Of a DNA stretch of 64,000 nt, positions 42,502 to 53,041 are shown piece by piece. The stretch is from an uncultured cyanobacterium (lineage in GTDB: Bacteria > Cyanobacteriota > Cyanobacteriia > PCC-6307 > Cyanobiaceae): positions 448,001-512,000 of the forward strand of contig CAVONQ010000018.1 in NCBI GenBank assembly GCA_963697335.1, given 5' to 3'. Position numbers and translations under genes: made by a program. Numbering within the stretch: position 1 is the first letter of the stretch; the number at the start of each line of letters is the position of its first letter. A model generated the notes under the pieces. The model did not search any database and was not told the DNA's origin. It saw only the letters and a program-made list of their open reading frames with translations.

Positions 42502-43682
42502 CCCAAACGACCCGGGGCAGGGTCTGTGCCCATCGTGGCGGCCAGTTGCTGCTCCTGCACCGCCATGTCAATGATGTCTTCGCTCAGAATCGCACGAATC
42601 GACGCGCCGCTTCGCTGGCGGCGCAGCCAGTCCATGGCCTGATTGCCCTGGTGCAGCAGCGCCATGAGCGGGGCGAGCCGATCGCCCAGGCCCAGCTCCC
42701 GGGCCAGCGGGGCCGCTTCCTCCAGGATCTGCCGGATCCAGGCCCGGGCTTCAATCGTGCTGCCGTCGCGCCAGTGGCGCAGGGGGGCGTCGAGGCTGGA
42801 GCGGGCTGCGGCCTGGTCGTTGGCATCGGCGAGCAGGGCCAACTCCGAGGGGTCAAGGCTGCTGGCACGGAACGGGTCGCAGGTCTGGGGATCCCGTTGC
42901 ACCTGCCACAGCCGCAGCTCCGCCAGGGCCGTGATCGCCAGCAGCACCTGCGGGTCGCTCACCAGATCGCAGATGCGGATCTCGAGGCGATTGAGGTCGT
43001 AGGGGCGATCGTCGCCATTGGGCCGCACGGATGTCCAGAGATGCCGCACGTTCTGCATCGTGCCGGCCTGGAGCTGCTGCTCCATCCAGGTGACGTAGTG
43101 GGCGTGGTCGCGGAACAGGGGCACCCGCTCCGGCGTCAGGGGGAACTGCAGCCAGCGCTGGGAATGGGCGCCGGTGGCGGCACCGTCGAGGAAGGGGGAG
43201 CTGGCGCTGAGGGCGAGCAACAGGGCGGCCTCGCAGCGCAGCAGCCTCAGACCGGCGAACAGGGGCTCCATGGCCGTGAGGCCCAGGTTGATGTGCACGC
43301 TGGCGGTCACCACCCGGGTGCCGTAGGTGCGCTCGATGTAGTGGTGGTAAGGGTTGTCGGGGTCGGAGCGCTCGAAGCGGCGGCTGTCCCCCAGGCTCAG
43401 GGTGCTGCCGGGCAGCAGCGTCAGCCCGCGCTGCTGCAACCAGCGGCGCAGCCGCAGCCGTGGTTCCAGCAGCAGGGCCAGCTGCTGGTCGTAGTCGGCC
43501 TCCGGGGCGGTGACGTATTCCAGATTGCGCCGGTCGGGCTCGGTGACAAACCCCTCCAGGGCCGCGGCCACATCGGACGAACAGCCCACCACCGTGCCGT
43601 CGGGCCTGCCGGTGTAGAGCTCCACCTCGAAGCCCTTGAGCATCAGCGCAGGCGTCATGGCTGGGGCGGCAGGGTGGCTCAC
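42498..43682 (-). CDS. gshA: Glutamate-cysteine ligase (cyanobacterial type)
   Basis: [52 protein letters not shown]. Confidence 0.9.
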   Translation of the reverse strand: MSHPAAPAMTPALMLKGFEVELYTGRPDGTVVGCSSDVAAALEGFVTEPDRRNLEYVTAPEADYDQQLALLLEPRLRLRRWLQQRGLTLLPGSTLSLGDSRRFERSDPDNPYHHYIERTYGTRVVTASVHINLGLTAMEPLFAGLRLLRCEAALLLALSASSPFLDGAATGAHSQRWLQFPLTPERVPLFRDHAHYVTWMEQQLQAGTMQNVRHLWTSVRPNGDDRPYDLNRLEIRICDLVSDPQVLLAITALAELRLWQVQRDPQTCDPFRASSLDPSELALLADANDQAAARSSLDAPLRHWRDGSTIEARAWIRQILEEAAPLARELGLGDRLAPLMALLHQGNQAMDWLRRQRSGASIRAILSEDIIDMAVQEQQLAATMGTDPAPGRLG

Positions 43683-45199
43683 GCCAGGCAGGCCAGGGCC
43701 TTGAGCATGCCCCGGGCCTTGTTGAGGGTTTCATGGAACTCCGCCTCGGGCCTGGAGTCGGCCACCAGGCCGGCACCGGCCTGCACCTGCACCCGCCAGC
43801 TGCCGTTCTGGCCCGGCTGCACCACCATCGTGCGGATGGTGATGGCGGTGTTGAGGGCGCCCCCGAGGTCCACGGCGCCGTACACCCCGGAGTAGGGCCC
43901 CCTGGCGTCGGGTTCGAGGGCATGGATCAGCTGCATGGCCCGGATCTTGGGAGCGCCGCTGACCGTACCTGCCGGGAAGGCCGCCATCAGCAGATCCCAG
44001 ACGCTGTGCCCGTCGCCCAGCAGTCCTTCCACCTGGCTCACGATGTGCATGACGTGGGAGTAGCGCTCAATCACCATCAGATCGGTCACGGTCACGCTGC
44101 CGGGGCGGCAGACACGGCCGAGGTCATTGCGGCCCAGATCAACCAGCATCACGTGTTCGGCCCGCTCCTTGGGATCGGCCAGCAGCTCGGCCTCCAGGGC
44201 CTGGTCGCCCGCCTCGTCGGCACCCCGGGGCCGGGTGCCGGCGATCGGCCGCAGGGAGGCCCGAATGCCGCCGCCCTCGATCGGCTCGGCCTTCACCATC
44301 ACCTCGGGGCTGGAGCCGATCAGATACCAGCCGCCGAAGTTGAAGAACGCCATGTAGGGCGAGGGGTTCACCATCCGCAGACTGCGGTAGAGCTCGAAGG
44401 GATCGCGGGCAATCGTGGTTTCAAGCCGCTGGCTCAGCACCAGCTGAAACACATCGCCTGCGGCGATGTGCTCCCGCGAGCGCACCACGGCCGCCTCGAA
44501 ATCGGCCTGGCTGCGGTTGCTGCGGGTGGGCAGATCGGTGCCGCTGCGTTCATGCCACTGCAGCGGCACCACCCCGGCGGGCAGGGGTTCCTGCATGCGC
44601 TGCTCCAGGGCGGCGATCCGGGCGGCGGCGGCGGCGTGGGCTTCGGCCGGATCGCCCCCCCGGCTGAGGTCGGCGTAGGCGACCGCGGTGATCTGGCGCT
44701 TCACCTGGTCGAACACGAGCAGGCTGTCGGCAAGCATCCAGCAACCATCCGGAGGCCCCTGGGGATCGGCGGGGTGCACGGGCACGCTCGGCTCGATCCA
44801 CTGGATCAGCTCATAGCCCCAGAAGCCGAACAGGTGGCCCGCCGGTGGCAGGCCTGGCACCGGGGCGCTACTCAGGGGGCTGAGACAGTCCTGCAGCAGC
44901 TCAAACGGGTTGCCGCCCAGCTGCTCGCTGCGGCCGTCCCGCCACTGGCGCTGGCTGCTGTCCCCGCGGCTGGTGAGGGTCCAGAGCGGCTCACTCACCA
45001 CGTAGCTCCAGCGGCCGATCCGTTCTCCCCCCTCCACCGACTCCAGCAGCACCCCATGGCTGCTGCCGGCCCCCACTTTCAGCCAGGTGGTCAGAGGCGT
45101 CTCCAGGTCTGCCGGCCAGCGCTTCCAGACGGGGATGAAGGTGAGCCCGGCGGCCACCTGATCCAGGAAGGAGGGGTCCAGGTGATCGGAGGGGGACAT
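43679..45199 (-). CDS. trpE: Anthranilate synthase component I
   Basis: DLETP, LLESVEGGE, NPSPYM, RPIAGTRPRG, AEHVMLVDLGRND, FPAGTVSGAPK. Confidence 0.95.
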   Translation of the reverse strand: MSPSDHLDPSFLDQVAAGLTFIPVWKRWPADLETPLTTWLKVGAGSSHGVLLESVEGGERIGRWSYVVSEPLWTLTSRGDSSQRQWRDGRSEQLGGNPFELLQDCLSPLSSAPVPGLPPAGHLFGFWGYELIQWIEPSVPVHPADPQGPPDGCWMLADSLLVFDQVKRQITAVAYADLSRGGDPAEAHAAAAARIAALEQRMQEPLPAGVVPLQWHERSGTDLPTRSNRSQADFEAAVVRSREHIAAGDVFQLVLSQRLETTIARDPFELYRSLRMVNPSPYMAFFNFGGWYLIGSSPEVMVKAEPIEGGGIRASLRPIAGTRPRGADEAGDQALEAELLADPKERAEHVMLVDLGRNDLGRVCRPGSVTVTDLMVIERYSHVMHIVSQVEGLLGDGHSVWDLLMAAFPAGTVSGAPKIRAMQLIHALEPDARGPYSGVYGAVDLGGALNTAITIRTMVVQPGQNGSWRVQVQAGAGLVADSRPEAEFHETLNKARGMLKALACLA

Positions 45200-45215
45200 C
45201 GAGGAACCGGCGGGC

Positions 45216-45240
45216 AAAAAAAACGGGGCGCCGGGCCCCG
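45216..45240 (-). terminator. Intrinsic terminator after psaD
   Basis: CGGGGC-ccggc-GCCCCG followed by T8 on the minus strand. Confidence 0.75.
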
Positions 45241-45291
45241 CCTTTCTAAGTGTTCAAGACCAACAGCCAGGCCGTGGCGCAGCCGCTCAGC

Positions 45292-45723
45292 TCAGGCGTC
45301 GAAGGTGTTCTTGCCGGTGAACTTGAGGTTGGCGGGATTGGTGTTGGCGCCGATGGAGCGGGGGTTGTGACCCACGATCGGACGACCCTCGTTCACCTTC
45401 TCGGGGAACACACCATCCTTGGGATGCAGGTATTCGGTGTCGCCGCCGGGGAAGATCCGGTAGATCTTGTAGTCCTCGATGCGGGGCTTGAACTTGGTGC
45501 GCAGCTGGGTGCCCAGGGCCAGGCACTGCTCCTTGCGGGCGAAATACATGATGTTTTCGCCCTCATTCATCTCGGCGGCGCCGCCGGTGGGCAGTTCAAA
45601 GGCCTGGGCCTTGGAACTGGTCCAGGTGATGGCGTACTTCTCTTCAGTTTCGGCGGCGTTGAGCAGGCCGCCGGTGCTGCCGATGTACTTGGGGAGTTGA
45701 CCGGTCAGTGCCGTTGCTGTCAT
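45292..45723 (-). CDS. psaD: Photosystem I reaction center subunit II
   Basis: [40 protein letters not shown]. Confidence 0.99.
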   Translation of the reverse strand: MTATALTGQLPKYIGSTGGLLNAAETEEKYAITWTSSKAQAFELPTGGAAEMNEGENIMYFARKEQCLALGTQLRTKFKPRIEDYKIYRIFPGGDTEYLHPKDGVFPEKVNEGRPIVGHNPRSIGANTNPANLKFTGKNTFDA

Positions 45724-45804
45724 GACGCGTTCAGGTGTCGGCAGACTGTTTCAGGCGGAAACTAGCACCGTGGTTTTGGCGCCCTGGCCGGCGCTCCACC
45801 AGTC

Positions 45805-45822
45805 TTCACACCCGTCAACAAA
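45805..45822. promoter_or_regulatory. Candidate HLR1 (RpaB) direct repeat upstream of psaD
   Basis: TTCACACC-cg-TCAACAAA vs consensus KTTACAWW-N2-KTTACAWW; about 40-60 bp upstream of a TAGTTT -10 at 45764-45759. Confidence 0.4.
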
Positions 45823-45850
45823 ACCCCTCGACGCCGATGGGGGCATCTGC

Positions 45851-47212
45851 TCAGGCGGTCGGCACGTAGAGCGGAAAGAACACGGTGAGCCCACTGCCGC
45901 TGCGCTCGGTGAGCCGCCCGCCGAGGCGCTCGAACAACTGCTGGGTGGCCTGGCGACTGAGCTGCAGGCTGCCGGTGCTCGGGTCCCAGCTCAGCACCGG
46001 CCCCACCAGCTCCCGTCCCCGCGGTGGCGGTTCGCCGGAGGCGGGCGCTGGGCCAGCGCTGCTCAGTTGCAGTTTCAGCCGCGCCCCGGCCGGCTGCAGC
46101 GCCAGCCGCACGCGGGTACCGGCCGGCAGGCTGCGGCTGAAGCGGTCAATCAGGCCGCCCAGCATCGTTTCCAGTCGCGCTGGATCACTGAGCACCTGGG
46201 GCAGTCCAGGGGTGATCTGGAGGTCCAGCGTCAGGTCACGCCGCGCCAGCTGGCGCTGCCACAGCCCTTTGAGCTGGTCCAGCAGCGCGCTGAGGTCAGT
46301 GCGGGCCAGGGGTAGATCGGCAGGGGCCTGCCCCCGCCCCAGGGGGCGCTGCAACTCCGCTGCCAGAAAGATGAGGCCGAAGCGATCGATCTGCTCACTG
46401 CACTCGCCATCGATGTGCTCCAGGCGCTGGCGCACCACGGCTGGCAGGTCGCTGCGGCGCAGCAGGGAGCGGATCAGGGTGCGGATCGTGGCCAGGGGTG
46501 TGCGCACCTCGTGGGTGAGGGCCTCGAGCAGGGCCAGCTCACTGGCCTGGGCTGCTGAGCTGGCCGGCGCCAGGGGCTGCAGAGTCAGGCTCGGCGCGAT
46601 GCTGGCCAGCCGGTTGGCCAGCCGGGGCCAGAAGCGCAGCCCCAGGGAGGGCTCACTGTGCAGCGGGCCCAGCCGCTGTACGGCCGTCCGCAGGTCCAGG
46701 GCGGCGGCAGGATCGGTGTGCTCCAGCCGCTGGTGAATCAGCGAGAGGGCCTCCGAGAGCACCTCAGGGTCGAAGCGCACCACGAGGCGGCGGCCCTCGG
46801 CTGGCCCATCCAGGCACAGGGCCACCTGGAGTTTGGGCGTCACGATCACCAGCAGTGGGTCGTCGCCGTCGCCTTCCTCCAGCAGCAGTCGGTGGTAGCG
46901 GCCGCCGGGGTCGGCGGCGCGGCTCTGGCTTGTGGCGGACTGCAGCAGCCGCGGCGGCCTGGGGGGCAGCAGGGTGTCGAGCGCTGTCGGACTCCACACC
47001 CACCCCTGGAGCCGCTGCAACAGGGCGGGCTCATAGAGGGCGGGCAGGGGGGCGGCCAGCCACAGCCCGGATACCTCCTCCAGGGGAAGCAGAAAATCCT
47101 CCTGCAGGGTGGCCAGGGCTGCCCACCACTGGCGCCGCGCAGCATCGTCCGTGCTGGTTCCTGGGGGGACCTCAGCGGTGAGGCAGTGCCGCAGCTCAAG
47201 CAGGCTCACCAA
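45851..47212 (-). CDS. Sensor histidine kinase, Hik34-like with degenerate ATP-binding domain
   Basis: H-box LTHEVRTPL; C-terminal region lacks canonical N/G1/G2 boxes. Confidence 0.8.
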   Translation of the reverse strand: MVSLLELRHCLTAEVPPGTSTDDAARRQWWAALATLQEDFLLPLEEVSGLWLAAPLPALYEPALLQRLQGWVWSPTALDTLLPPRPPRLLQSATSQSRAADPGGRYHRLLLEEGDGDDPLLVIVTPKLQVALCLDGPAEGRRLVVRFDPEVLSEALSLIHQRLEHTDPAAALDLRTAVQRLGPLHSEPSLGLRFWPRLANRLASIAPSLTLQPLAPASSAAQASELALLEALTHEVRTPLATIRTLIRSLLRRSDLPAVVRQRLEHIDGECSEQIDRFGLIFLAAELQRPLGRGQAPADLPLARTDLSALLDQLKGLWQRQLARRDLTLDLQITPGLPQVLSDPARLETMLGGLIDRFSRSLPAGTRVRLALQPAGARLKLQLSSAGPAPASGEPPPRGRELVGPVLSWDPSTGSLQLSRQATQQLFERLGGRLTERSGSGLTVFFPLYVPTA

Positions 47213-47224
47213 GGTGGGTTCTCC

Positions 47225-48502
47225 TTACCGGCGGCTCGGGGAGGTTCGGCCCCGCCGAGCCACCGACGCGCACAGCCCGAGGGCCATGAAGTTCATCAGC
47301 ATGGCGGAGCGGCCGTAGCTGAGGAAGGGCAGGGGAATGCCGGTGATGGGCCCCAGACCGATCGTCATGTTGATGTTCACCACCACCTGGAACATCAGCA
47401 TGGCGCCGATGCCCACCACCACCAGGGATTCGACATCGCTGCGAGCCCTGCCGGCGATCTGGAGCAGGCGCCACATCAGCAGCACAAAGCCGAGCACCAC
47501 GAGCACCGAACCGAGGAAACCGGTTTCCTCGCCGAGGGCGCTGAAGATGAAATCGGTGTGCTGCTCCGGGATGAAGCGCAGCTTGGTGAGGGCCCCCTGC
47601 ATCAGGCCGGTGCCCCAGAGCTGGCCACTGCCGATGCCCACCGTGCTCTGCAGCAGGTGGTAGCCACCGCCAAGCGGATCCTGGCCGGGGTCGAGGAAGA
47701 GGGTGAGGCGATCCCGCTGGTGCGGCCGCAGCCCGTGGGCCCACAGCCAGGGGGTGAGCACGGCGAAGAATCCCTGCACGCCCACAGCCACCGCCAGCAT
47801 CACCCGCTTCCAGGGGAGGCTGGTCCAGGCGAGCCAGCCCATCAGCGGAATCCAGCCCAGCAACAACCAGGGCAGAGTGCCGGCGGCAATCGCGCTCACC
47901 AGGGGGGAGAGCAACAGCACCAGCCAGGCTGCGGGCATGCCGGCCCAGAACAGCATCACCAGCAGCACGGCGCCGAACACCAGGGACGTGCCCAGGTCGG
48001 GCTGGACGAACACGAGCAGCCAGGGCAGCCCGATCAGGCCCACAGGCCGCAGCAGATCCACGGGCCGCTCCACGGGGTGGCGGGCCAGTACCTCAGCCAG
48101 CAGCAGGATCGCCCCGAGCTTGGCGAATTCCGAGGGCTGCACGTAAAACCCGCCGATGTTGATCCAGCTCTGGGCTCCCAGGGCGCTCACTCCCACCAGC
48201 CGCACGGCCACCAGGCTGGCCACCATCGCCGCGTAGATCGGCCACTTCAGAGCCACCAGCCGCTCCACGGGGACGCGCGCCAGCAGCAGCGCCACCCCCA
48301 GCCCCACCACCCCGGTGACCCAGTGCTGGTACCAGTCGGCGTAGTTGGCCTGGCGCTGGGTGCTGGCGATCAGTACGCCGGCCAGCAGCACCATCGCCAT
48401 GGGGATGCCCCAGAGCAGCCAGTCCAGATCGGCCAGCGGCCGCCTTCGGGCCGAACCTCCCCTGGAGAACAGGCCGCGACCGCGGCGCGTGAGGCTGAGC
48501 AT
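47225..48502 (-). CDS. rodA: Rod shape-determining protein RodA
   Basis: GAQSW...QPSEFAK, QPDLGT, IPEQHTDFIF, P.TGIPLPFLSYG. Confidence 0.95.
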   Translation of the reverse strand: MLSLTRRGRGLFSRGGSARRRPLADLDWLLWGIPMAMVLLAGVLIASTQRQANYADWYQHWVTGVVGLGVALLLARVPVERLVALKWPIYAAMVASLVAVRLVGVSALGAQSWINIGGFYVQPSEFAKLGAILLLAEVLARHPVERPVDLLRPVGLIGLPWLLVFVQPDLGTSLVFGAVLLVMLFWAGMPAAWLVLLLSPLVSAIAAGTLPWLLLGWIPLMGWLAWTSLPWKRVMLAVAVGVQGFFAVLTPWLWAHGLRPHQRDRLTLFLDPGQDPLGGGYHLLQSTVGIGSGQLWGTGLMQGALTKLRFIPEQHTDFIFSALGEETGFLGSVLVVLGFVLLMWRLLQIAGRARSDVESLVVVGIGAMLMFQVVVNINMTIGLGPITGIPLPFLSYGRSAMLMNFMALGLCASVARRGRTSPSRR

Positions 48503-48511
48503 CCCCTGGGC

Positions 48512-49630
48512 TCAGAGGGGAACGGCTGCCAGGGCCGTCACCCGCTCCGCCAGGGCCATGAAGCCGCGGGCGGTGGCGGAGTGGGGTGCTGTGAGAACCA
48601 CAGGGCGACCTCCATCGCCGGCTTCGCGCACCGGCATCTCCAGCGGCAGTTCAGCCAGCAGGGGAACGCCAGCCTCCTCGGCCAGCCGGGCGCCGCCGCC
48701 GCTGCCGAAGATCGGGTAGCGCTTCTCGGGCGCATCGGGGGGGATGAAGCCGCTCATGTTTTCCACCACGCCCAGCACGGGAACGCCCATCTGCTGGAAC
48801 ATCGCCAGGCCGCGGCGGGCATCGGCCAAGGACACCTCCTGGGGCGTGGTGACCACGATCACTCCGGCCATCGGTACCGCCTGGGCGAGGGTGAGTTGGG
48901 CGTCACCGGTGCCGGGCGGCAGATCCACCACCACCACGTCCCGTTCCCCCCAATCCACCTGATAGAGGAACTGGCGGATGATGCCGTTGAGCATCGGGCC
49001 CCGCCAGATCACCGGCTGGTTGGCATCGATCAGCAGGCCCATCGACACCATGGCGATGCCACAGCTCTCGATCGGCCGCAGCACCTGGGCCGCACCTTCG
49101 CCGCTCACTTCCGGTGTGCGGCCGGCCACCCCGAGCATGGTGGGCGCGTTGGGGCCGTAGATGTCGGCGTCGAGCAAGCCCACCCGCAGGCCCCGTTGGG
49201 CCAGGGCGCAGGCGAGGTTCACCGCCACGGTGCTCTTGCCCACGCCGCCCTTGCCGCTGCTCACGGCGATCACCTGTCTGACCCCAGGGATCTCCTGGCG
49301 TTGGGGAGGCTGGCCGGGGGCGCCGCTGGGGCCGTGGCCTGCGGCGCCGATCGGCGCTCCGGAGGGGGCCGCAGCAGCGGCGCCTGCCTCGGGATGGGCC
49401 AGTTCGATCTGAACGTGCTGCACGCCATCGAGGTTGAGCAGGGCCTCGCGGGCCTCGCTGGCGATCCGGTCGCGCTGGCTCTGGGCAAAACCGGGCAGGG
49501 CCAGCCGAATCACGGCCCGGTCACCCTGCAGGCGAGGGTCCTGAACCCAGCCCAGCTCGAGCATGGGGCGGCCACTGCCGGCATCGGTGAGGCGGCTGAG
49601 GGCGGCACGAGCCTGCTCGACAGTGGCCAT
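48512..49630 (-). CDS. mrp: Mrp/NBP35 (ApbC) Fe-S cluster carrier ATPase
   Basis: SGKGGVGKST, DADIYGP, WRGPM, DLPPGTGD, VTTPQ, GVVENMS. Confidence 0.93.
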   Translation of the reverse strand: MATVEQARAALSRLTDAGSGRPMLELGWVQDPRLQGDRAVIRLALPGFAQSQRDRIASEAREALLNLDGVQHVQIELAHPEAGAAAAAPSGAPIGAAGHGPSGAPGQPPQRQEIPGVRQVIAVSSGKGGVGKSTVAVNLACALAQRGLRVGLLDADIYGPNAPTMLGVAGRTPEVSGEGAAQVLRPIESCGIAMVSMGLLIDANQPVIWRGPMLNGIIRQFLYQVDWGERDVVVVDLPPGTGDAQLTLAQAVPMAGVIVVTTPQEVSLADARRGLAMFQQMGVPVLGVVENMSGFIPPDAPEKRYPIFGSGGGARLAEEAGVPLLAELPLEMPVREAGDGGRPVVLTAPHSATARGFMALAERVTALAAVPL

Positions 49631-49790
49631 CCGATCCGCGTGCACAGGCCATTGATCCTAGAAGGCACCTGTCGAGGTACCAGAGGTGCCGGCAGGGTCT
49701 TGCGCCGTGACAGTGCCTCTCGAACGCTTGATGGGCGGGCCTGCGGCCTGAAAGGGTGAAGAGGTTTCAGGCCCCTGGGGGCACGCTGTG

Positions 49791-50873
49791 ATGGAGAAGG
49801 CCAAGGTGACGTCCGGCCCCGACGGCGGTGCCCCCGCCACCCTGACGCTGGAGCCGCCCCCCGCTGACTCTCGCCAGCGTGCCCGCACCCTGCTGATGGG
49901 TCTGCAGGACTCCATCTGCGCCGGACTGGAGCAGCTCGATGGCGAGGGCCGCTTCGCCGAGGAGAGTTGGGAACGGCCTGAGGGCGGCGGGGGCCGCTCC
50001 CGGGTGATGAAGGAGGGCCGCGTCTTCGAGCAGGGCGGCGTGAACTTCTCCGAGGTGCAGGGCTCTGAACTGCCGCCTTCGATCCTGAGCCAACGCCCGG
50101 AGGCGAAGGGCCACCCCTGGTTCGCCACCGGCACCTCGATGGTGCTGCACCCCCGCAACCCCTACATCCCCACGGTTCACCTCAACTACCGCTACTTCGA
50201 GGCCGGCCCGGTGTGGTGGTTCGGCGGCGGCGCTGACCTCACGCCCTACTACCCCTTTCTCGAGGATGCCCGTCACTTCCACCGCACCCTCAAGGACGCC
50301 TGCGACGGCGTCAATCCCGCCTACTACCCGGTGTTCAAGCCCTGGTGCGACGAGTATTTCCACCTGAAGCACCGCCAGGAGAGCCGCGGCATCGGCGGGA
50401 TCTTCTACGACTATCAGGATCCTGGCGGCGTGCTCTACAAGGGCCAGAACCCCGAGGGCCCGGCCGCGGCGGCGAGCCTGCGGCAGGGGCCGATCAGCCA
50501 GAGCTGGGAGCAGCTCTTCGCCCTGGCCACGGCCTGCGGCCAGGGTTTCCTGCCCAGTTACGTGCCGATCGTGGAGCGCAGGCAGGCCACCCCCTATGGG
50601 GATCGGGAGCGGCAGTTCCAGCTCTATCGCCGCGGCCGCTATGTGGAGTTCAACCTCGTCTTCGACCGGGGCACGATCTTCGGTCTGCAGACCAACGGCC
50701 GCACCGAGTCGATCCTGATGTCCCTGCCCCCCCTGGTGCGCTGGGAGTACGGCTACAGCGCCGAGCCCGGCAGCCGCGAGGCCCTGCTCACGGAGGTGTT
50801 CACCCGCCCCCAGAACTGGCTGGACGACTCCTCCCTGGAGCTGCGCTGCGCGCCGCATCAGGCGCTGGGCTGA
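49791..50873 (+). CDS. hemF: Oxygen-dependent coproporphyrinogen III oxidase
   Basis: [44 protein letters not shown]. Confidence 0.98.
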   Translation: MEKAKVTSGPDGGAPATLTLEPPPADSRQRARTLLMGLQDSICAGLEQLDGEGRFAEESWERPEGGGGRSRVMKEGRVFEQGGVNFSEVQGSELPPSILSQRPEAKGHPWFATGTSMVLHPRNPYIPTVHLNYRYFEAGPVWWFGGGADLTPYYPFLEDARHFHRTLKDACDGVNPAYYPVFKPWCDEYFHLKHRQESRGIGGIFYDYQDPGGVLYKGQNPEGPAAAASLRQGPISQSWEQLFALATACGQGFLPSYVPIVERRQATPYGDRERQFQLYRRGRYVEFNLVFDRGTIFGLQTNGRTESILMSLPPLVRWEYGYSAEPGSREALLTEVFTRPQNWLDDSSLELRCAPHQALG

Positions 50874-51651
50874 GGGCGCCCATGGGGTTGGGGTCCTGGC
50901 GCTCCAGGCCACGCTCCAGGGCCTCCACCACCCGCAGGGCAATGGCATTGAGGGCGGCGTCCTGGCGCCTGGGGTCGCGGAGGGCCGCCTCCAGTACCCC
51001 CTCCAGCTTGCCGATCTCCAGGATGGCGATGCCGCGGCGCGGTGCACCCAGGCCATTCCGGTAGAGCAGCGGGTAGGAGCCGAAGGCCAGGGCCAGGCTC
51101 TCGTCAAGGCGGCTCGGGTGGTGGTGCAGCGGGGGAATCAGGCCCGAGCCAATTCCATCGGGGCCGTAGGCGTCGTAGTGGATCTCCAAGGCGTAGCCGC
51201 CAGCAGCGGCGTGGGCTTTACCCACACTCCAGTTGGTGCGTGGGTCGTCGGCATCGGCAATCGTGCGGGCCGGGGGGTCGTAAAAGCGCACGTTCAGACC
51301 GCGCTGCTGGGCCAGCGCCACCACGGCCCGGGCGGTGAGCAGGTTCCAGTGGAGCTCATCCCGCAGACCCGGCTGCATCGGCCGCGCGCCGAGGAGGCCC
51401 ACCGCCTCGCCGGGCGTGCCGGCTCCGGCGATGCCCTGGGAGTCGGCATGGCCGGCCAGCACCAGGATCTCGGTATCGGCCCCCAGGGGCCGCAGGCCCA
51501 CCCAGTCGCGGTTGGGGCCCAGCCGGCTGCGCGGGCCGGTGAGGGGGTCGGGGGCGTAGGACTGGGGGGCCCTCGCCGTGGCCCCGGGAGCCAGCAGCAT
51601 CGCGGTGAGCCCGAGCAGCAGCAGCGGGCGGGCGACGGCGTAAAGGGCCAT
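50800..51651 (-). CDS. Exported N-acetylmuramoyl-L-alanine amidase-like protein
   Basis: Signal-peptide-like N-terminus; Amidase_3-like Zn ligands LAGH...E...LEIHYDA...ILEIG. Confidence 0.65.
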   Translation of the reverse strand: MALYAVARPLLLLGLTAMLLAPGATARAPQSYAPDPLTGPRSRLGPNRDWVGLRPLGADTEILVLAGHADSQGIAGAGTPGEAVGLLGARPMQPGLRDELHWNLLTARAVVALAQQRGLNVRFYDPPARTIADADDPRTNWSVGKAHAAAGGYALEIHYDAYGPDGIGSGLIPPLHHHPSRLDESLALAFGSYPLLYRNGLGAPRRGIAILEIGKLEGVLEAALRDPRRQDAALNAIALRVVEALERGLERQDPNPMGALSPAPDAARSAAPGRSRPASSGGG

Positions 51652-51685
51652 GGCGATCGGGGCGGAGGGGACTCAGCGGGGCAAC

Positions 51686-52237
51686 TCAGATGGGCGAGCT
51701 CAGCAGGTTGCCATCACTGAACAGGCCCAGCTTGGGGCCCAGCTCCAGTTCCAGGGCGATCAGTTCATCGCGATGGGCCCGCAGGCGCAGGGCACTGCCG
51801 GTGGCCTGGTCATGGCTGATCAGGCGCAGCTCCACGGTTTCAGGCCGCTCTGCCCGGCGCCGATACACCACCCCGGCCAGGGGGCCCAGCAGGATCAGCA
51901 ACAGCGGCCACCAGAGCAGGCTCGGCTGCACCTGGCGGATCACCAGGCCCAGGGCGCCCGCCCCCACGCCTCCCAGCAGCGAGAGCAGCAGTGCCAGCGG
52001 CGTGCTGGAGCGCACCTGGCCGCGAAAGCGCAGGGAGCGCTGGTCGGGGTTGCTGGCCTCCGCCATCCAGCCCCGCTGCAGCAGCCAGCCGCTGAGGCTC
52101 TCCAGCACCTCGAGGGGCGGCCTGGACGAGCGGACTTCCACGGTGGTGGTGCGGTCTTTGCTGGCGGCACGCAGGAAGAACACCAGCCCCACCGCCATCA
52201 GCAGGGTCAGCACCAGGGTGGAGCCAGAGGAGAGCAT
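51686..52237 (-). CDS. Cofactor assembly of complex C subunit B (CCB1-like)
   Basis: STL.LT.LM..GL.FFLRA..KDRT, F.G.V..S, AHRDELI.L. Confidence 0.8.
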   Translation of the reverse strand: MLSSGSTLVLTLLMAVGLVFFLRAASKDRTTTVEVRSSRPPLEVLESLSGWLLQRGWMAEASNPDQRSLRFRGQVRSSTPLALLLSLLGGVGAGALGLVIRQVQPSLLWWPLLLILLGPLAGVVYRRRAERPETVELRLISHDQATGSALRLRAHRDELIALELELGPKLGLFSDGNLLSSPI

Positions 52238-52345
52238 GGTCTGCCGGAATCCCTCTCCATTCTGCTGGCGAGGGGCCCGGGCCGGAGAGCCCCACCCTGG
52301 CCGTCCAACATGGACCCTGCTCTCCAGCCTCCAGCCAGCCTCTCC

Positions 52346-53020
52346 ATGACCGCAGCTCCCACCAGCAACCTTCCCGCCCCGGCGCGCTTCGCCGTCTTTG
52401 ATGGTGATCTCGATGCGGCCTGGGCGGAGCTCTATGGCGGCGCCCGTGCCCTGGCGGTGGACACCGAGGCCATGGGCCTGATCCATGGCCGCGACAGGCT
52501 CTGCCTGGTGCAGATCTGCGACGACGACGACAACGTGTGCTGCATCCGGCTGGCCCGGGGTCAGAGCTCGGCGCCAAGGCTGCAGGCCCTGATGGAGAGC
52601 GGAGCCACCGAGAAGGTGTTCCACTTCGCCCGCTTCGATGTGGCTGCCCTGGCTGAGAACCTCGGCATCGCCGTGGCGCCGATTTTCTGCACCAAGATCG
52701 CCAGCCGCCTGGCCCGCACCTACAGCCCCCGGCACGGGCTCAAGGATGTGGTGCAGGAGCTGGTGGGGGTGGAGCTCGACAAGCGGGCCCAGAGCTCCGA
52801 CTGGGGCCAGGTGGAGGACCTCAGCGAGGCCCAGCTGGCTTACGCCGCCGGTGATGTGCGCTACTTGCTGGCCGCCCGCGACCGGCTGGAGCTGATGCTG
52901 CGGCGCGAGGAGCGCTGGGCCCTGGCCGAGCGTTGCTTCCAGTGCCTGCCGGTGTTCTCCGACCTGGATCGCCAGCGGTTCCACCTGCTGTTTGAGCACT
53001 CCAGCGGAGGCCAGCGCTGA
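52346..53020 (+). CDS. Ribonuclease D-like 3'-5' exonuclease
   Basis: AVDTEAMGL..GRDRLCLVQ, KVFHFARFD, CTKIAS, QSSDW, YAAGDV; start 52346 or 52310. Confidence 0.9.
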   Translation: MTAAPTSNLPAPARFAVFDGDLDAAWAELYGGARALAVDTEAMGLIHGRDRLCLVQICDDDDNVCCIRLARGQSSAPRLQALMESGATEKVFHFARFDVAALAENLGIAVAPIFCTKIASRLARTYSPRHGLKDVVQELVGVELDKRAQSSDWGQVEDLSEAQLAYAAGDVRYLLAARDRLELMLRREERWALAERCFQCLPVFSDLDRQRFHLLFEHSSGGQR

Positions 53021-53041
53021 GCGGCTGGGCCGCGGTGGCGT

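Noticed and set aside
39463..42642. 1059-aa plus-strand ORF
   Set aside because: Antisense shadow of ppc caused by GC3-biased codons; no recognisable motifs
46658..49759. 1033-aa plus-strand ORF
   Set aside because: Antisense shadow across the kinase, rodA and mrp genes; typical high-GC artefact
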